Source of the DNA: Hypanus sabinus
Taxonomy: Eukaryota
Direction of reading: 5' to 3'
DNA: 64,000 bases
NCBI RefSeq assembly: GCF_030144855.1
Contig: NC_082730.1
Location: 14,694,001 to 14,758,000, forward strand
This document shows positions 51,380 to 62,589 of this stretch, in pieces. Positions within the stretch are counted from its first letter, which is position 1, and every line of letters begins with the position of its first letter. A program made the position numbers and the translations under genes. Under the pieces are notes generated by a model that saw only the letters and a list, made by a program, of their open reading frames with translations, was not told the origin of the DNA and searched no databases.

Positions 51380-52620
51380 AAACATAGAAACAGTACAGCA
51401 CAATGCATGCCCTTTCAGCTCAGAAAGCTGTGCTAAAAATGTCCCTACCTCTAATTTAAGTTCCATGTACCTATCGAAAAGTGTCTTAAAAGACTCTGTC
51501 ATATCCATTGCCAGCAGCCCATTTCACACACTCGCCACTCTCTGAATTAAAAAAACTTACCCCTGACATCTTCTCTGTACCTACTCCCCAGCACCTTACA
51601 CCTGTGTCTTCGTGTGGCAACCATTTCAGCCCTGCGGAAAGGCCTCTGACTATCCACACAATCAATGCCTCTCATCATCTTGTACACCTCTATCAGGTCA
51701 CCTCATCTTCTGTCATTCCAAGGAGTAAAGGCCAAGTTCACTCAACCTATTCTCATAAGGCATGCTCCCCAATCCAGGCAACATCCTTGTAAATCTCCTC
51801 TGCACCCTTTCTATGGCTTCCACATTTTCCTGTAGTGAGGTGACCAGAACTGAGCACAGTACTCCAAGTGGGGTCTGACCAGGGTCCTATATAGCTGCAA
51901 CATTACCTCTCGGCTCCTAAATTTAATTCCACGATTGTTGAAGGCCAATACACCATATGCCTTATTAACCACAGAGTCCACCTGCACAGCTGCTTTGTGT
52001 GTCCTATGGACTCAGACTCCAAGATCCCTCTGATCCTCCACACTGCCAAGAGTCTTGCCATTAATACTACATTCTGCCATCTTATTTGATCTACCAAAAT
52101 GAACCACTTCACATTTATCTAGGTTGAACTCTGTCTGCCACTTCTCAGCCCAGTTTTGCATCCTGTCAATGTCCCGCTGAAACCTCTGACAGCCCTCCAC
52201 ACTATCCACAACACCTCCAACCTTGGTGTCATCAGCAAACTTACTAACCCATCCCTCCACTTCCTCGTCCAGGTCATTTATAAAAATCATGAAGAGTAAT
52301 GGTCCCAGAACAGATCTCTGAGGCACTCCACTGGTGAATAACCTCCATGCAAATTATGAGCTGTCTGCAACCACTCTTTGCCTTCTGTGTTCAAGCCATT
52401 TCTGGACCCACAAAGCAATGCCCCTTGGATCTAATGCTGCCCTACTTTCTCAATAAACCTTGCATGAGATATCTTGTGAAATGTCTTGCTGAAATCTGTA
52501 TACACTACATCAAGTGCTCTTCTTTCATCAATGTGTTTAGTCACATCCTCAAAAAATGCAATCAGGCTCGTAAGGCACAACCGGCCCTTGACAAAGGCAA
52601 AGTCTTGTGGCAACTATTTC
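51380..52620 (-). mobile_element. Relatively young CR1 RT/3' fragment in an intron of the ITIM gene
   Basis: PQRSVLGPLLFMIFINDLD...KFADDTK; LDVVYTDFSK. Confidence 0.85.
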
Positions 52621-53440
52621 AGCCCTGGGATAAAGCCTCTGACTAACCACACAATTAATGCCTCTCATCATCACTTTCTATCTGATTTACCTACATAGTC
52701 TGTGTGTGTGTGTGTTTAGAGAATATTTTTCCTTCACAATATGGTGTAGCAGATCACCTGACAATATTCACACTACCCCATGAGCATCTCACTGATCTGT
52801 CCAGAGCTCTGTAGCAGATTGTCCCTCGGGCAGAAGGAACAAACTGCCCAAAATAAAAATCAGCTCATTTACCAACTGGCCAAAAAACTGTTTTTTGAAT
52901 TCAATACTGAGATCAGCAATTGCATATGGAAACCAAATCTCCCATCCTCAAATTGCTTTGATGGCCTTAGACTATTACTGAATGTCATGTTCCTTCTTGA
53001 TATGGTTTGCCATTTTATTTCTAGCCACTAGATATCATTGCTTACTTGTGAGTTTACAGCAGTTTTTCATTCCTTACTACTGTGTTTCTAAGCAATTGAC
53101 CTTTGACATCAGGTCGGCCATTTTATAATCACTTGTATGCTTATTCATTCATTTATCAGAAGCAACTTGTTATGAGTCAAAGGAATTTTAATCAATATTT
53201 GAATCCATCTCTTACGAGAACAGCCAGAAGCACTGTCTTTTTATTCAGCTCCTAGTGCACAGCAATTCATTGGTGATCAATAAAACCACATTCAAACTAC
53301 AACTACACCTGGACTGGAGTTTAAAAAATGGGGAAAACTCTTGAATGAGGGCAGAATAGTGGAAGTTGAATTGTGAACAGATTTTATTTCCCAAATCCTG
53401 CTTCACATTTTTTTTTAAATAATAGTAGTTAACCATATAA

Positions 53441-53523
53441 AGAGAAATATCAAAGGAAATCAAGAGTAGTACTGTTACTGATGAGGATAATGTCACCAAT
53501 GCAAAAATCAAATTTCAAAGCCA
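53441..53523 (+). pseudogene. Inverted degenerate copy of the 3' part of the ITIM exon (TDEDNVTNAKIKFQSQ versus TDEDSVTYADIKFQSQ)
   Basis: 43/49 nt identical by hand alignment to the reverse complement of 49035-49083. The Tyr codon TAT has become AAT. Confidence 0.75.
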
Positions 53524-54570
53524 GGCCATCTTTAAATCTTCATTTATCCTATTAATCCACACCTTTTGCCTCACACAGCATCTTTCCTGACATACTTTTT
53601 CTGTCTTGTACTCCCTCAGAAACACTCTCTTTTGTGCTTCCTTCCATTGTTTCTCTGCACCTCAAGACTTGTTATTGCTCACATTTTCCAGTTCTGGTGT
53701 AAGGTCATTGCCTTGAAGCTGTTCCTCTCTCCACAGCTGCCATCTGACATACTGAGCATTCCCAGCACTCTTCTGACAATATCTCAGGGTTTGATCATTT
53801 AGGGAATTTCTCTTTAGAAAACAATGCACTCCTTTTGTTCAGATCTTTGCAATAAACAGTGATTAGGGGATAATACTACGTTGAAAGTAACTGGTTTGTT
53901 GGGGGGAGAGAGAGAGAGGCCAGGAACCACATCATGGGGGGCAGTTGAATTACTAGTTGTCTTAATTTTTAGCCAAAGTGTTATATTCCATCAGCCAGTG
54001 AGCTGGAAGCTGCAGGGGCTTTATTTTCCAACGTTCAACTCCATTTCCCCATCTGATAATAGCACACAGATGATCACTGTACTCAGTTCTGTTCATTGGT
54101 TTACAAAGTCTATTTAAGGGACATAAGATTATTTATTTATTTATACATCACAGAGTAAGCCCTCTTGGCCCTTTGAGCCACGCTGACCCAGTGACCCCGC
54201 CAAGCCTGATTAAACTTCATCCATCATGGAACAATTTACAATGACCAAAGAACTGTCTTTGGACAATGGGAGGAAACTGGAGCACCCAGGGAAGCATTCA
54301 GTGGGGTGGACACAGAGTCTTTACAGGACAGCATCGGAATTGAACTCCAAACTCCAAAAAGCCCCAAGGAGTAACAGTGTGGTGCTAACCTCTACACTAC
54401 CATGGTGCCCATCTCAGGATCATCTCCGTAAGGCAGACCTGTGACTTAATCTACAGCAACTTTTTCCAATAAGAGCAGGGTATGTTGTCCAGTGATATAT
54501 AGTGAGTGGTAGAGAGGTGAAAAATGCACCTGATCTTTATTTTTGAGTATTACAAGAATGATTTTACACA

Positions 54571-54750
54571 TACATTGTCCAAATGATTGCTTTTAATTGG
54601 AGGCTGTACTGAGGAAGAGCTTATTGAATGCACTTTCAAATACAACAGCTAATTTCCCAAAACTGAGTACAACAGTTGAGACCATCTAAATCTTTCTTCA
54701 ACCCAGCCTGTTGGTTCTCTGCCATTCCACACTTGAGGTGAGATTCCATC
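54571..54750 (-). repeat. Left arm of a 180-bp ungapped inverted repeat (partner 57587-57766)
   Basis: Hand alignment: 157/180 identical, no gaps. Confidence 0.85.
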
Positions 54751-54942
54751 GCCTGATGTTTCGGGAACAATGGAGTCACCAGGTTACAGTGGAAACAACA
54801 CCATTCATTCATGTGTTGTAAACCCACACATTGGCACTCTAATCCTGGCTTTTTGTTGACTGCAACCAAATCAAGTTCCTTAAGATTCAGCAGCTAGCTA
54901 TCGTATTCATAATGAAATAATTAAAGGAAAAAAGAAACCTAC

Positions 54943-55034
54943 CCCTGTTTTTTCTCTTCAGGTAACAAAGTAGACAAACGACAATTAGTACAAGAAGAAT
55001 CCCGACAACACTGAGTGCAATTATGTAAGTGGGT
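54943..55034 (-). CDS. Exon: transmembrane segment without charged residues (IPTYIIALSVVGILLVLIVVCLLCYLKRKNR)
   Basis: 92 nt, acceptor ttctttaccacag and donor G|gtaggt, phase 2->1. About 22 hydrophobic residues followed by a KRKNR stop-transfer motif. Confidence 0.9.
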
Positions 55035-55714
55035 CTGTGGTAAAGAATAGGAAAGGGTCAGTCTTGGTTCATCATTTATTCTTGGCCATTTGTAAAGTCT
55101 GACATTTACACAGCATTTTTCATGAGCTCAGGATGTCTGCAGCTCAGAAATGAATATTAGACACTGTTGACAGTGTGGTCAATTGCAGCAGCAAATTTGC
55201 TCACAGCAAGGTCTCACAAGCAGAAATGGGATCATGACCAATGATAGTGATGTTGGTTAAAGAGTAACTATTGTCCAGGCCATTTGCGAACACTCCCATG
55301 TTCTTTTACAAACATTTCATTGGAGCTGTTACATTAAAGGATTGATTAGTGGCTTCTTCTCAGAGAGACAGCGTTGCTGACAATGACGCTGTACCTCTTC
55401 TTTGAACAGCTTCCATAGTTTTCTTTGTTTCGTGACTGTCTAGACCCTTGGTTGGCTTGGACGAAACAGGCTGAAGGGCCTGTTGTTCTAGTCTATAACA
55501 GTGACTTTATTACTCAGAATATTTAGGGTGAGAAAATTATCATTGATCTCAGGCTTGATGCCTGTACAAGAAAATCAGTTTCCATCACCATTTCATTGAA
55601 GTTAAGCATGTCAAATCTTTTTAATACCAGTTAAAGAGAAACAAATTTCTCTCCCAACTGGCTCTATTTAGGAGTAGCAGTGAAACCAGCTGTAGAGAGA
55701 AACTTATACTTTAC

Positions 55715-55793
55715 ATTTTATCTGATGTAGATTCATCCCCTTGTGTAGTTGTCATAGATTCTGTCACAGTATTTTCACAGAGATAGATTGGCC
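55715..55793 (-). CDS. Exon: Cys + Thr/Ser-rich stalk of the ITIM receptor (GPIYLCENTVTESMTTTQGDESTSDK)
   Basis: 79 nt, strong acceptor tttgattttcttttaacag and donor AT|gtaaag. Phase 1->2 bridges the C2 exon (ends phase 1) to the TM exon (starts phase 2). Not in the ORF track; found by reading. Confidence 0.8.
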
Positions 55794-56525
55794 CTGTTAA
55801 AAGAAAATCAAATTAAATTTTATCTGCTTTGTACTTGCAAAAACAAGAGAGCACAATTGTTAGAGCAATGGGTACCTGAGCATGATGGACCAAAGGTGAT
55901 CTGTTACTCAATACACATTTACAGATTAAAAGTGAGATTTATTTGACATATGTACATCAGATCACACAGTGCAATGCATCAATAGCAATAACAACCAACA
56001 CAGAATATGTTCTGGGGGAAGCCTGCAAGAGTTCCACTTCCAGCACCAAAATGGCTTGCCTTTGAATTACTAATACTTCCCTGTGTCCCTTTGAAATGTG
56101 AGGGGAAATCAGAGCACCCAGAGGAGACCCACACAGTCACTGGGAGAGTGCAACAGTGGTGGGAATTGGGCCCCTATTGCTGGCGCTGTAACGGTGTTAT
56201 GCTGATTGCTGTTCTCCTGAGTACCCAATTCACTGACAATTTGGATTCTTTCCCATATTCAGGCACTGGTGATGCTGCTGGGGACTTGGACTGAGGGAAC
56301 TGTAATCCTAATCATAAGGGTAAAATTCCAGCCAGGGAGCTGGCCTCTGCCAGCCATGGGGAGACCTCTTTCTGGAGCCCATCACACTCTGCAGGGGCGT
56401 GGTCATAACTGTTCATAGTATTCAGGGAGCTAATGGTTTGAGTACACTTTTTATCTGACAGGATAATCCAGGAAGTTTTCTCAATGAAAAGGCAAAGTCT
56501 TTTAAAACAATAAACAGAAAGTCAA

Positions 56526-57580
56526 TGTACCCTGGGTGCCATGGTAGCTCAGCAGTTAGAGTGATGCTATTACAGTTCAGGGCATTCCAAAGTTTGGAGT
56601 TCAATTCTGGCACAGCTCTATAAGGAGTCTCAGTATGTTCTCCCTGTGGAATGTGCGAGTTTTCTCTGGGTCCTCCGGTTTCTTCCCAGAATCCAAAGAC
56701 GACGAAGTAAAGTATAGTCGGCCCTCCTTATCTGTGGGGGATTGGTTCCAGGACCCCCACGGATACCAAAATTTGCGGATGCTCAGTGTGCTGGTTTTCA
56801 GGACCCAGCAGAACCCCGGAATTTATTTAACATGCTTCCGTGCGGTGGACATTAGGATCTGGCACAGCTGTGAATCCACAGTCTTTCTGTTCACAAAAAT
56901 AATCACGATCACAATTGAAAATAAGGTGGAAGTATAAAGTGATCAGGAAGAGGTGAAACACCATTGGTCATTGGAAAAGTGTTAGGCTACAGTCGGTCAA
57001 TGATCGGAGCAATTTTAATGGAGCATGTGAAAGGCCCTGCCCCGATGAAAGCTACAATTATTACTAAGCAACACAGTGGTTAAATTATTGAAATACATAT
57101 GTTTCTTAAGTGTTGTATATGCATAGAAAGGTAAAATATGCACTATATACTTTAAAAAAAAAAGAAGTTAACTAACTGACGCTAAATAATACTGGATGTA
57201 CCTGTTCTGACTTCAAGACGGATGCAGGAATGGAACTCATTCATAACCCAGGGACTGCCTGTACTTAGGTATTAAAAATATCTAGAAATGACTTAATACA
57301 ATGTAAAATCTATGTAAATAGTTGTTAAACTGTATCGTTTAGGGAATAATGACAAGAAAAAATAGTCTGTACATGCTCAAGCAATGAGTGCTGGAGAGAG
57401 AAAGTCCAGGTTTTCCCGATCCACGGTTGGTTGAATCTGTGAATAAGGAGGGCTGACTGTAATTGGTCACTGTAAATTGTCCCATGATTCGGTTAGGGTT
57501 AATTGAGTTTGGCCGGGGTTGCTGGGCAGCATGACTCAAAGGGCTGGAAGGGCCCACACCATGCTGTATTGCTGAATAAA
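56526..57580 (+). mobile_element. tRNA-derived SINE split by the Tigger-like insertion (related copies at ~50350-50610, 54130-54410, 56000-56220)
   Basis: A/B-box-like ggtagctcagcagttaga...gagttcaattc, core tcctccggtttcttcccag, tail attggtcactgtaaattgtccc. Confidence 0.65.
56715..57459. mobile_element. Tigger/pogo-like non-autonomous DNA transposon nested in a SINE
   Basis: TA-(t/c)agtcggccctccttat ... ataaggagggctgactg-TA: inverted ends with a TA target duplication. The SINE sequence resumes on both sides. Confidence 0.75.
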
Positions 57581-57586
57581 TGAAGG

Positions 57587-57766
57587 GATGGAATCTCACT
57601 TCAGGTGTGGAATGGCAGAGAACAAAGAGGATGGGTTGAAGATAGATTGAGATGGTCTCACCTGTTGTACACATTTGGGGGCAATGAGCTTTTGAATTTG
57701 AAAGTGTATTCAATAAGCTGTTCCTCAGTACAAACTCCAATTAAATGCAATCATTTGTACAATGTG
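57587..57766 (+). repeat. Right arm of the 180-bp inverted repeat (partner 54571-54750)
   Basis: Same alignment as the left arm. Confidence 0.85.
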
Positions 57767-58509
57767 TGTGTGAAGTATATGCCTGGCTTTCTGTGTTTGC
57801 ACTAGTGACAGAAACCTCGACCATTCTCAGAAGCTGTCATAAAATCCTGGCAATAATTTTCTCTGCATATAATTTCTCTGATTCTCTTGCTGGTGGGAGA
57901 GTCTCTACTGCTCCAGTGAGCACTCAGATTTGAATAAAGCTCTTCATTTCTGAAACATCTGTTCAAACTACACAGTAATAGACTTAAGTACAAGAAAAAA
58001 ATGATGATCAACATTCTCGGAATTGTCCCCATTTCGGGCCATGCAACCTGTGAAGCATCTCTTTCAACACGAACTCCATCCATCCCTCAGAATATTTCAT
58101 GCATTAAACTGATCCCCTCAGAAGCTTTTAGACTGTCAAGCACGACTCTCAAATAAAATTTGTAGATCTATTAGATTCAATGAAATGTGTAATGTTTGGT
58201 AAAATCAGCAAAGCTGAGTATTAGAAGTAGTTTAGAATTCAAGACAAAACAAAGTAATTGATTAAAACATTGAAAATACAGAACATGAGTGAGTTTGCAG
58301 GGAACATCTATACCTATATGAAAATGTCTATGGGTTTATGAAGAGAAGGTTAATTATAACAAATATTGGATATCTAACAGATAGAAATGGGAGGATTTAT
58401 ACTGGGTACAAAGAAACACAAGACTAATTCAATATTTTGGTTTTGTCCTTTAACATTCTTCATCGTGTTTCCTTACACCAATGTCAGGCTAATTGCTCTA
58501 AAGTATCCT

Positions 58510-59460
58510 CTTTTCTCCTAAACTCTTTCCCTCTCTTCCCCCCCCCCCTCTTTCCACAGGGGTCGCTCCCTATGTGACTCCCTTGTCCACTCGTCCCCCC
58601 ATCCCTTCCCACCGATCTCCCTCCTGGCACTTATCCTTGTAAGCAGAACAAGTGCTACACCTGCCCTTACACTTCCTTCCTCACCACCATTCAGGGCCTC
58701 AGACAGTCCTTCCAGGTGAGGCGACACTTCACCTGTGAGTCGGCTGGTGTGGTATACTGTGTCTGGTGCTCCCAGAGTGGCCTTTTGTATATTGCTGAGA
58801 CCCGATGCAGACTGGGAGACTGTTTCGCTGAACACCTACGCTCGGTCCGCCAGAAAAAGCAGGATCTCCCAGTGGCCACACATTTTAATTCCACATCCCA
58901 TTCCCATTCTGATATGTCTATCCATGGCCTCCTCCACTGTCAAAATGAATCCAAACTCTGGTTGGAGGAACAACACCTTATATACCGGCTGGGTAGCCTC
59001 CAAACTGATGGCATGAACATTGACTTCTCTAACTTCTGTTAATGCTCCTCTTCTTACCCTATCCCTGACATATTTAGTTGTTTGTTTTTTTTCTCTCTCT
59101 CTGCCCATCACACTGCTTGTTCTCCATCTCCCTCTGGTGCTTCTCTTCCCTCCCCCCCGCCCCACTGTCCCCCCTTTCTTTCTCCTGAGGCCTCCCATCC
59201 CATGATCCTTTCCCTTCTCCAGCTCTGTATCCCTTTTGCCAATCACCTTTCCAGCTCTTAGCTTCATCCCACCCCCTCCAGTCTTCTCCTATCATTTTGC
59301 ATTTCCTCCTCCCCGCACTACTTTCAAATCTCTTGGTATCTTTCCTTTCAGTTAGTCCTGATGAAGGGTCTCAGCCCGAAACGTCAACAGTGCTTCTCCT
59401 TATAGATGCTGCCTTGCCTGCTGTCTTCCACCAGCACTTTATGTGTGCTGTTCGAATGGC
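58510..59460 (+). mobile_element. Penelope-like element 3' fragment: GIY-YIG endonuclease remnant, pyrimidine-rich tract and hammerhead-containing terminus
   Basis: ORF 58716..59042 (VVYCVWC...YIAETRCRLGDCFAEH...PVATHFN) matches the PLE GIY-YIG pattern. Confidence 0.85.
59353..59390 (+). ncRNA. Penelope-associated minimal type-I hammerhead ribozyme motif
   Basis: tagtc-CTGATGA-a-gggt(ctca)gccc-GAAA-cgtc-aacag: core and stem II intact, stem I partly mismatched. Lies just 3' of a GIY-YIG ORF fragment. Confidence 0.65.
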
Positions 59461-59574
59461 AGGGCGAGAGTGTGAGGAATAACTTTGTTTGGCTGATTTA
59501 AGCAACTGGCCAGATTGAAAACATCAGGGTGTCAGAGCTGGATGAGGGACTGGCTGAAGTGAGGCTAATTGCTC

Positions 59575-60000
59575 CATAAAATTGGGCTTGTACACACTGG
59601 AAGTTAGAAGGATGAGAGGGGATCTGATTGAAACATATAAGATTATTAAGGGATTGGACATGCTAGAGGCAGGAAAAATGTTCCCGATGTTGGGGGTGTC
59701 CAAAACCAGAGGCCACAGTTTAAAAATAAGGGGTAGACCATCTAGAACAGAGTTGAGGAAAAACTTTTTCACCCACAGAGTTGTGGATCTATGGAATGCT
59801 CTGCCTCAGAAGGCAGTGGAGGCCAATTCTCTGGATGCTTTCAAGAAAGTTAGAGCTCTTAAAGATAGCGGAGTCAAGGGATATGGGGAGAAGGCATGAA
59901 TGGGGTACTGATTGTGGGTGATCAGCCATGATCACATTGAATGGTGGTGCTGACTCGAAGGGCCAAGTGGCCTACTTCTGCACCTATTGTCTATTTACTC
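59575..60000 (+). mobile_element. Young CR1 3' end
   Basis: LYTLEVRRMRGDLIETYKIIKG...RVVDLWNALP. Confidence 0.85.
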
Positions 60001-61654
60001 CTCTCAGCGTTGAGAGGTTGTGGCCTACAACTAACAAGCTCCGAAAAAGGTTTGTGACTGGCTTCATGGCTGTGGAGCCACTTGCATGAATTTCACTCCT
60101 GAATGTTATTTGCTTATTATCATTGTTTGAATGATATCTTTTTTTTTCTGCAGTTCTACTAGGTTTCTTTGTTATGTGGCTGCCTGCAAGGAGACAAATC
60201 AGAAAGTTGTATATGGTATACATACTTCAATATTAAATGTACTTTGAACTTTGGTCCTAACTGACAAAAATCCCTGTATCATTGCAGTGTTTCATGCTTG
60301 TTCCTTTACTCAAATCTTCTCTCTGAAAGTCTGAATGCAATTTGCATTCCTTATGCCCTGCTACATCTACATGGTTTGCCTTCACTGAAAGATGTGCAAG
60401 GATATTCAAAACTCATTATATTTCCCTCTTTTTCTATTCTATTACCATTTAGATAATTTTCTGCATTATTGTTATTGCCCCAGTCTAAGCAATACTAATT
60501 TTTTTCCCAAGTATTTCTGATTAGCTGAATTGGGGAAGTAGTAAGGCCCAATACAATTTATCCAAGTCCCCATTGGTTGAGAGGTTGAATGATTCCAATG
60601 TAGCCCCACCCTCTTCAATAATGTTTCTTCAAACTGCATGCCATATGATTCATTTGAGTTCAGTTGTTCTACGCTGTTGCTTGGAGACTCAGTGAACTAG
60701 GATACACAGTTTTTTGGGGTCACATCTCTCAATTCCATCTATTAGAGAAAGATATGTTGGTTTTCTCAACACAGACATTCACGATCCATGTGATTTCTGC
60801 ACACTTTATCAAGATACAACTGCTTTAATTTTATGACTCAGCCCATTTTCTATAAAATGCAGCACAGATAATTGTTTATAAATTCAGGCAGAGCAAACAT
60901 GAATAAAAGTCTTGTGCTGTAGGTTTTCTATGTCTCTATGTAAGGAGCACTGCCACGAGAAAGCAGCATCCATCATCAAGGACTGCTACCATCCAGACCA
61001 TGCTCTCCTCGTGTTGCTGCCATTGTGAAAGAAGTCTCACCCCACCAGGTTCAGAAACAGTTATCAACCATCAGGCTCCTAAACCAGCAAGGACACCTTC
61101 ACTCACTTCAACACTGACTGATTCCACAACCAATGGATTCACTTCAAGGACTCATGAACTAATACTCACAATATTATTTTTATTAATAATTTGTTTTTTT
61201 GTATTGGGACAATTGGACTTCTTTTGCACATTTGTTACTTGTCCATCTTGGATTGTGTATTTTTCATTGACTCTGTTTTATTTGTTTCTACTGTGAATGT
61301 TTGCAGGAAAATGGATCTCGGGGTAGAATATGGTGACATATACTTTGATAATAGATTTACTTTGCATCTTGCAGTGGTTTATCTTGGAAGAACTATCTTA
61401 ACGAATGGCTGGAAATATTACCAGATGAGACACATTCACATCCAGCCAGAGAAAGCAGATCAGAGGCAGGAGACACTCTGGTGAGAGACTGAGGTTTGAA
61501 CTGCTGTGCCAAAAGGCTGTTGATTCGCTGAAAAGGGATGACAACATACACTCTGCACCTGAGTGAAGTTTCAACAACACAAAATCCAGCACTCATCAGT
61601 CATTCAGTTGTACTCCATCAACCATCATAAAGAATCAAACCCTGTACCACTTAC

Positions 61655-61975
61655 CCGTGCTGTTGACTTCAATCACATTTCTGCAGGTGCTGACGCTGTT
61701 GGAGATGGACACACTGACCATTTCACTGGACACTGTTCCATTAACATTTGAGGCCTTGCAATAATACAGATGATTTTTGTATTTTAAGGATTGACAATGT
61801 AGATCCAGTTTATTGGTGTCAGAGATCTTTGAATCCTCAGATGGTGTCTTTTCATACCATGAATACTGAATGGGAAGGGATCCATGGACAGACTCGCAGG
61901 ACACTGACATGGAGTCCCCACAACTTGAGCCATTTGTTGGTGAGGAAAATTGAAGTAAAGGAACAGATGGGGGTT
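61655..61975 (-). CDS. Exon: FcRL-like C2-set Ig domain of the ITIM-bearing receptor (EPPSVPLLQFSSPTNGSSCGDSMSVSCESVHGSLPIQYSWYEK...YYCKASN...STCRNVIEVNST)
   Basis: 321 nt, phase 1-1, acceptor cacag|AA and donor G|gtaagt. Canonical C..W..YYC Ig pattern, no stops. Paralogous to three other C2 exons in the window. Confidence 0.9.
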
Positions 61976-62589
61976 CTGTGGAAAAGAATCAGTGAACATC
62001 TGAAAATCAAACACACTGAAGATTTCAGCAATTCTGTATCTCAACCAGGACTGACCAGTTTGGAATCTCAGCAGTTCATCGACCTCTCTGAGTCTCTGCA
62101 TCCTCGCAGCTGCCTGAACTACCGTGTCTGCCATTATCCCAGAACACAGCAGGACTCCAGATCAGGACAGCAGTGATGATACTGTGTATATGTCATTGTG
62201 GAAACCAGAGTTACAATCTCTCTGACACAAGGAGACAGTCCTAGGTGGCACCTAATAGTTTGACTTTGCAATGGCAGAATTTGTGTGTCCAGGAAAACCC
62301 CCATAATGTGAAAGCAGGAAATTGTCAGATATGTACAAAATGAGTGGTGACTTTAAGGAGAGAGTATAATTGTGATTTGTTTCAGTGTGCTACAGCTGGA
62401 AGGGATTCCATTAGTACTGATATCCATATGAAGCTAACAAGGAATCATGTGAGACTGGAGAATCAGAAAGACCATAGGCCATAAGGCCATAAGAGATAGG
62501 AACAGAGTTATGCTGTTCAGTCCGTTGAATCTGCTCCACCATTCCATCATGGCTGATTTATTATCCTTCCATGTGACAAGATAGGCCAA

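Noticed and set aside
53245-53511. Minus-strand ORF with a TM-looking stretch (IFALVTLSSSVTVLLLISF)
   Set aside because: It is the antisense reading of the inverted ITIM-exon copy; no splice support.
54961-55030. Plus-strand exon-like segment (ttctcttcag|...|gtaagt)
   Set aside because: All three plus frames contain stops. It is the antisense of the TM exon, so the apparent splice signals are coincidental.
57802-58083. ORF containing LYSNL
   Set aside because: It lies upstream of the TM exon (would be extracellular), is not a canonical ITIM, and its phase does not fit.
61420-61558. Candidate exon directly after the ITIM-gene C2 (GAECMLSSLFSES...)
   Set aside because: Only a weak phase-2 donor (gtgtct). 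The 55715-55793 exon gives a better phase match, splice sites and family-like Cys/Thr content.
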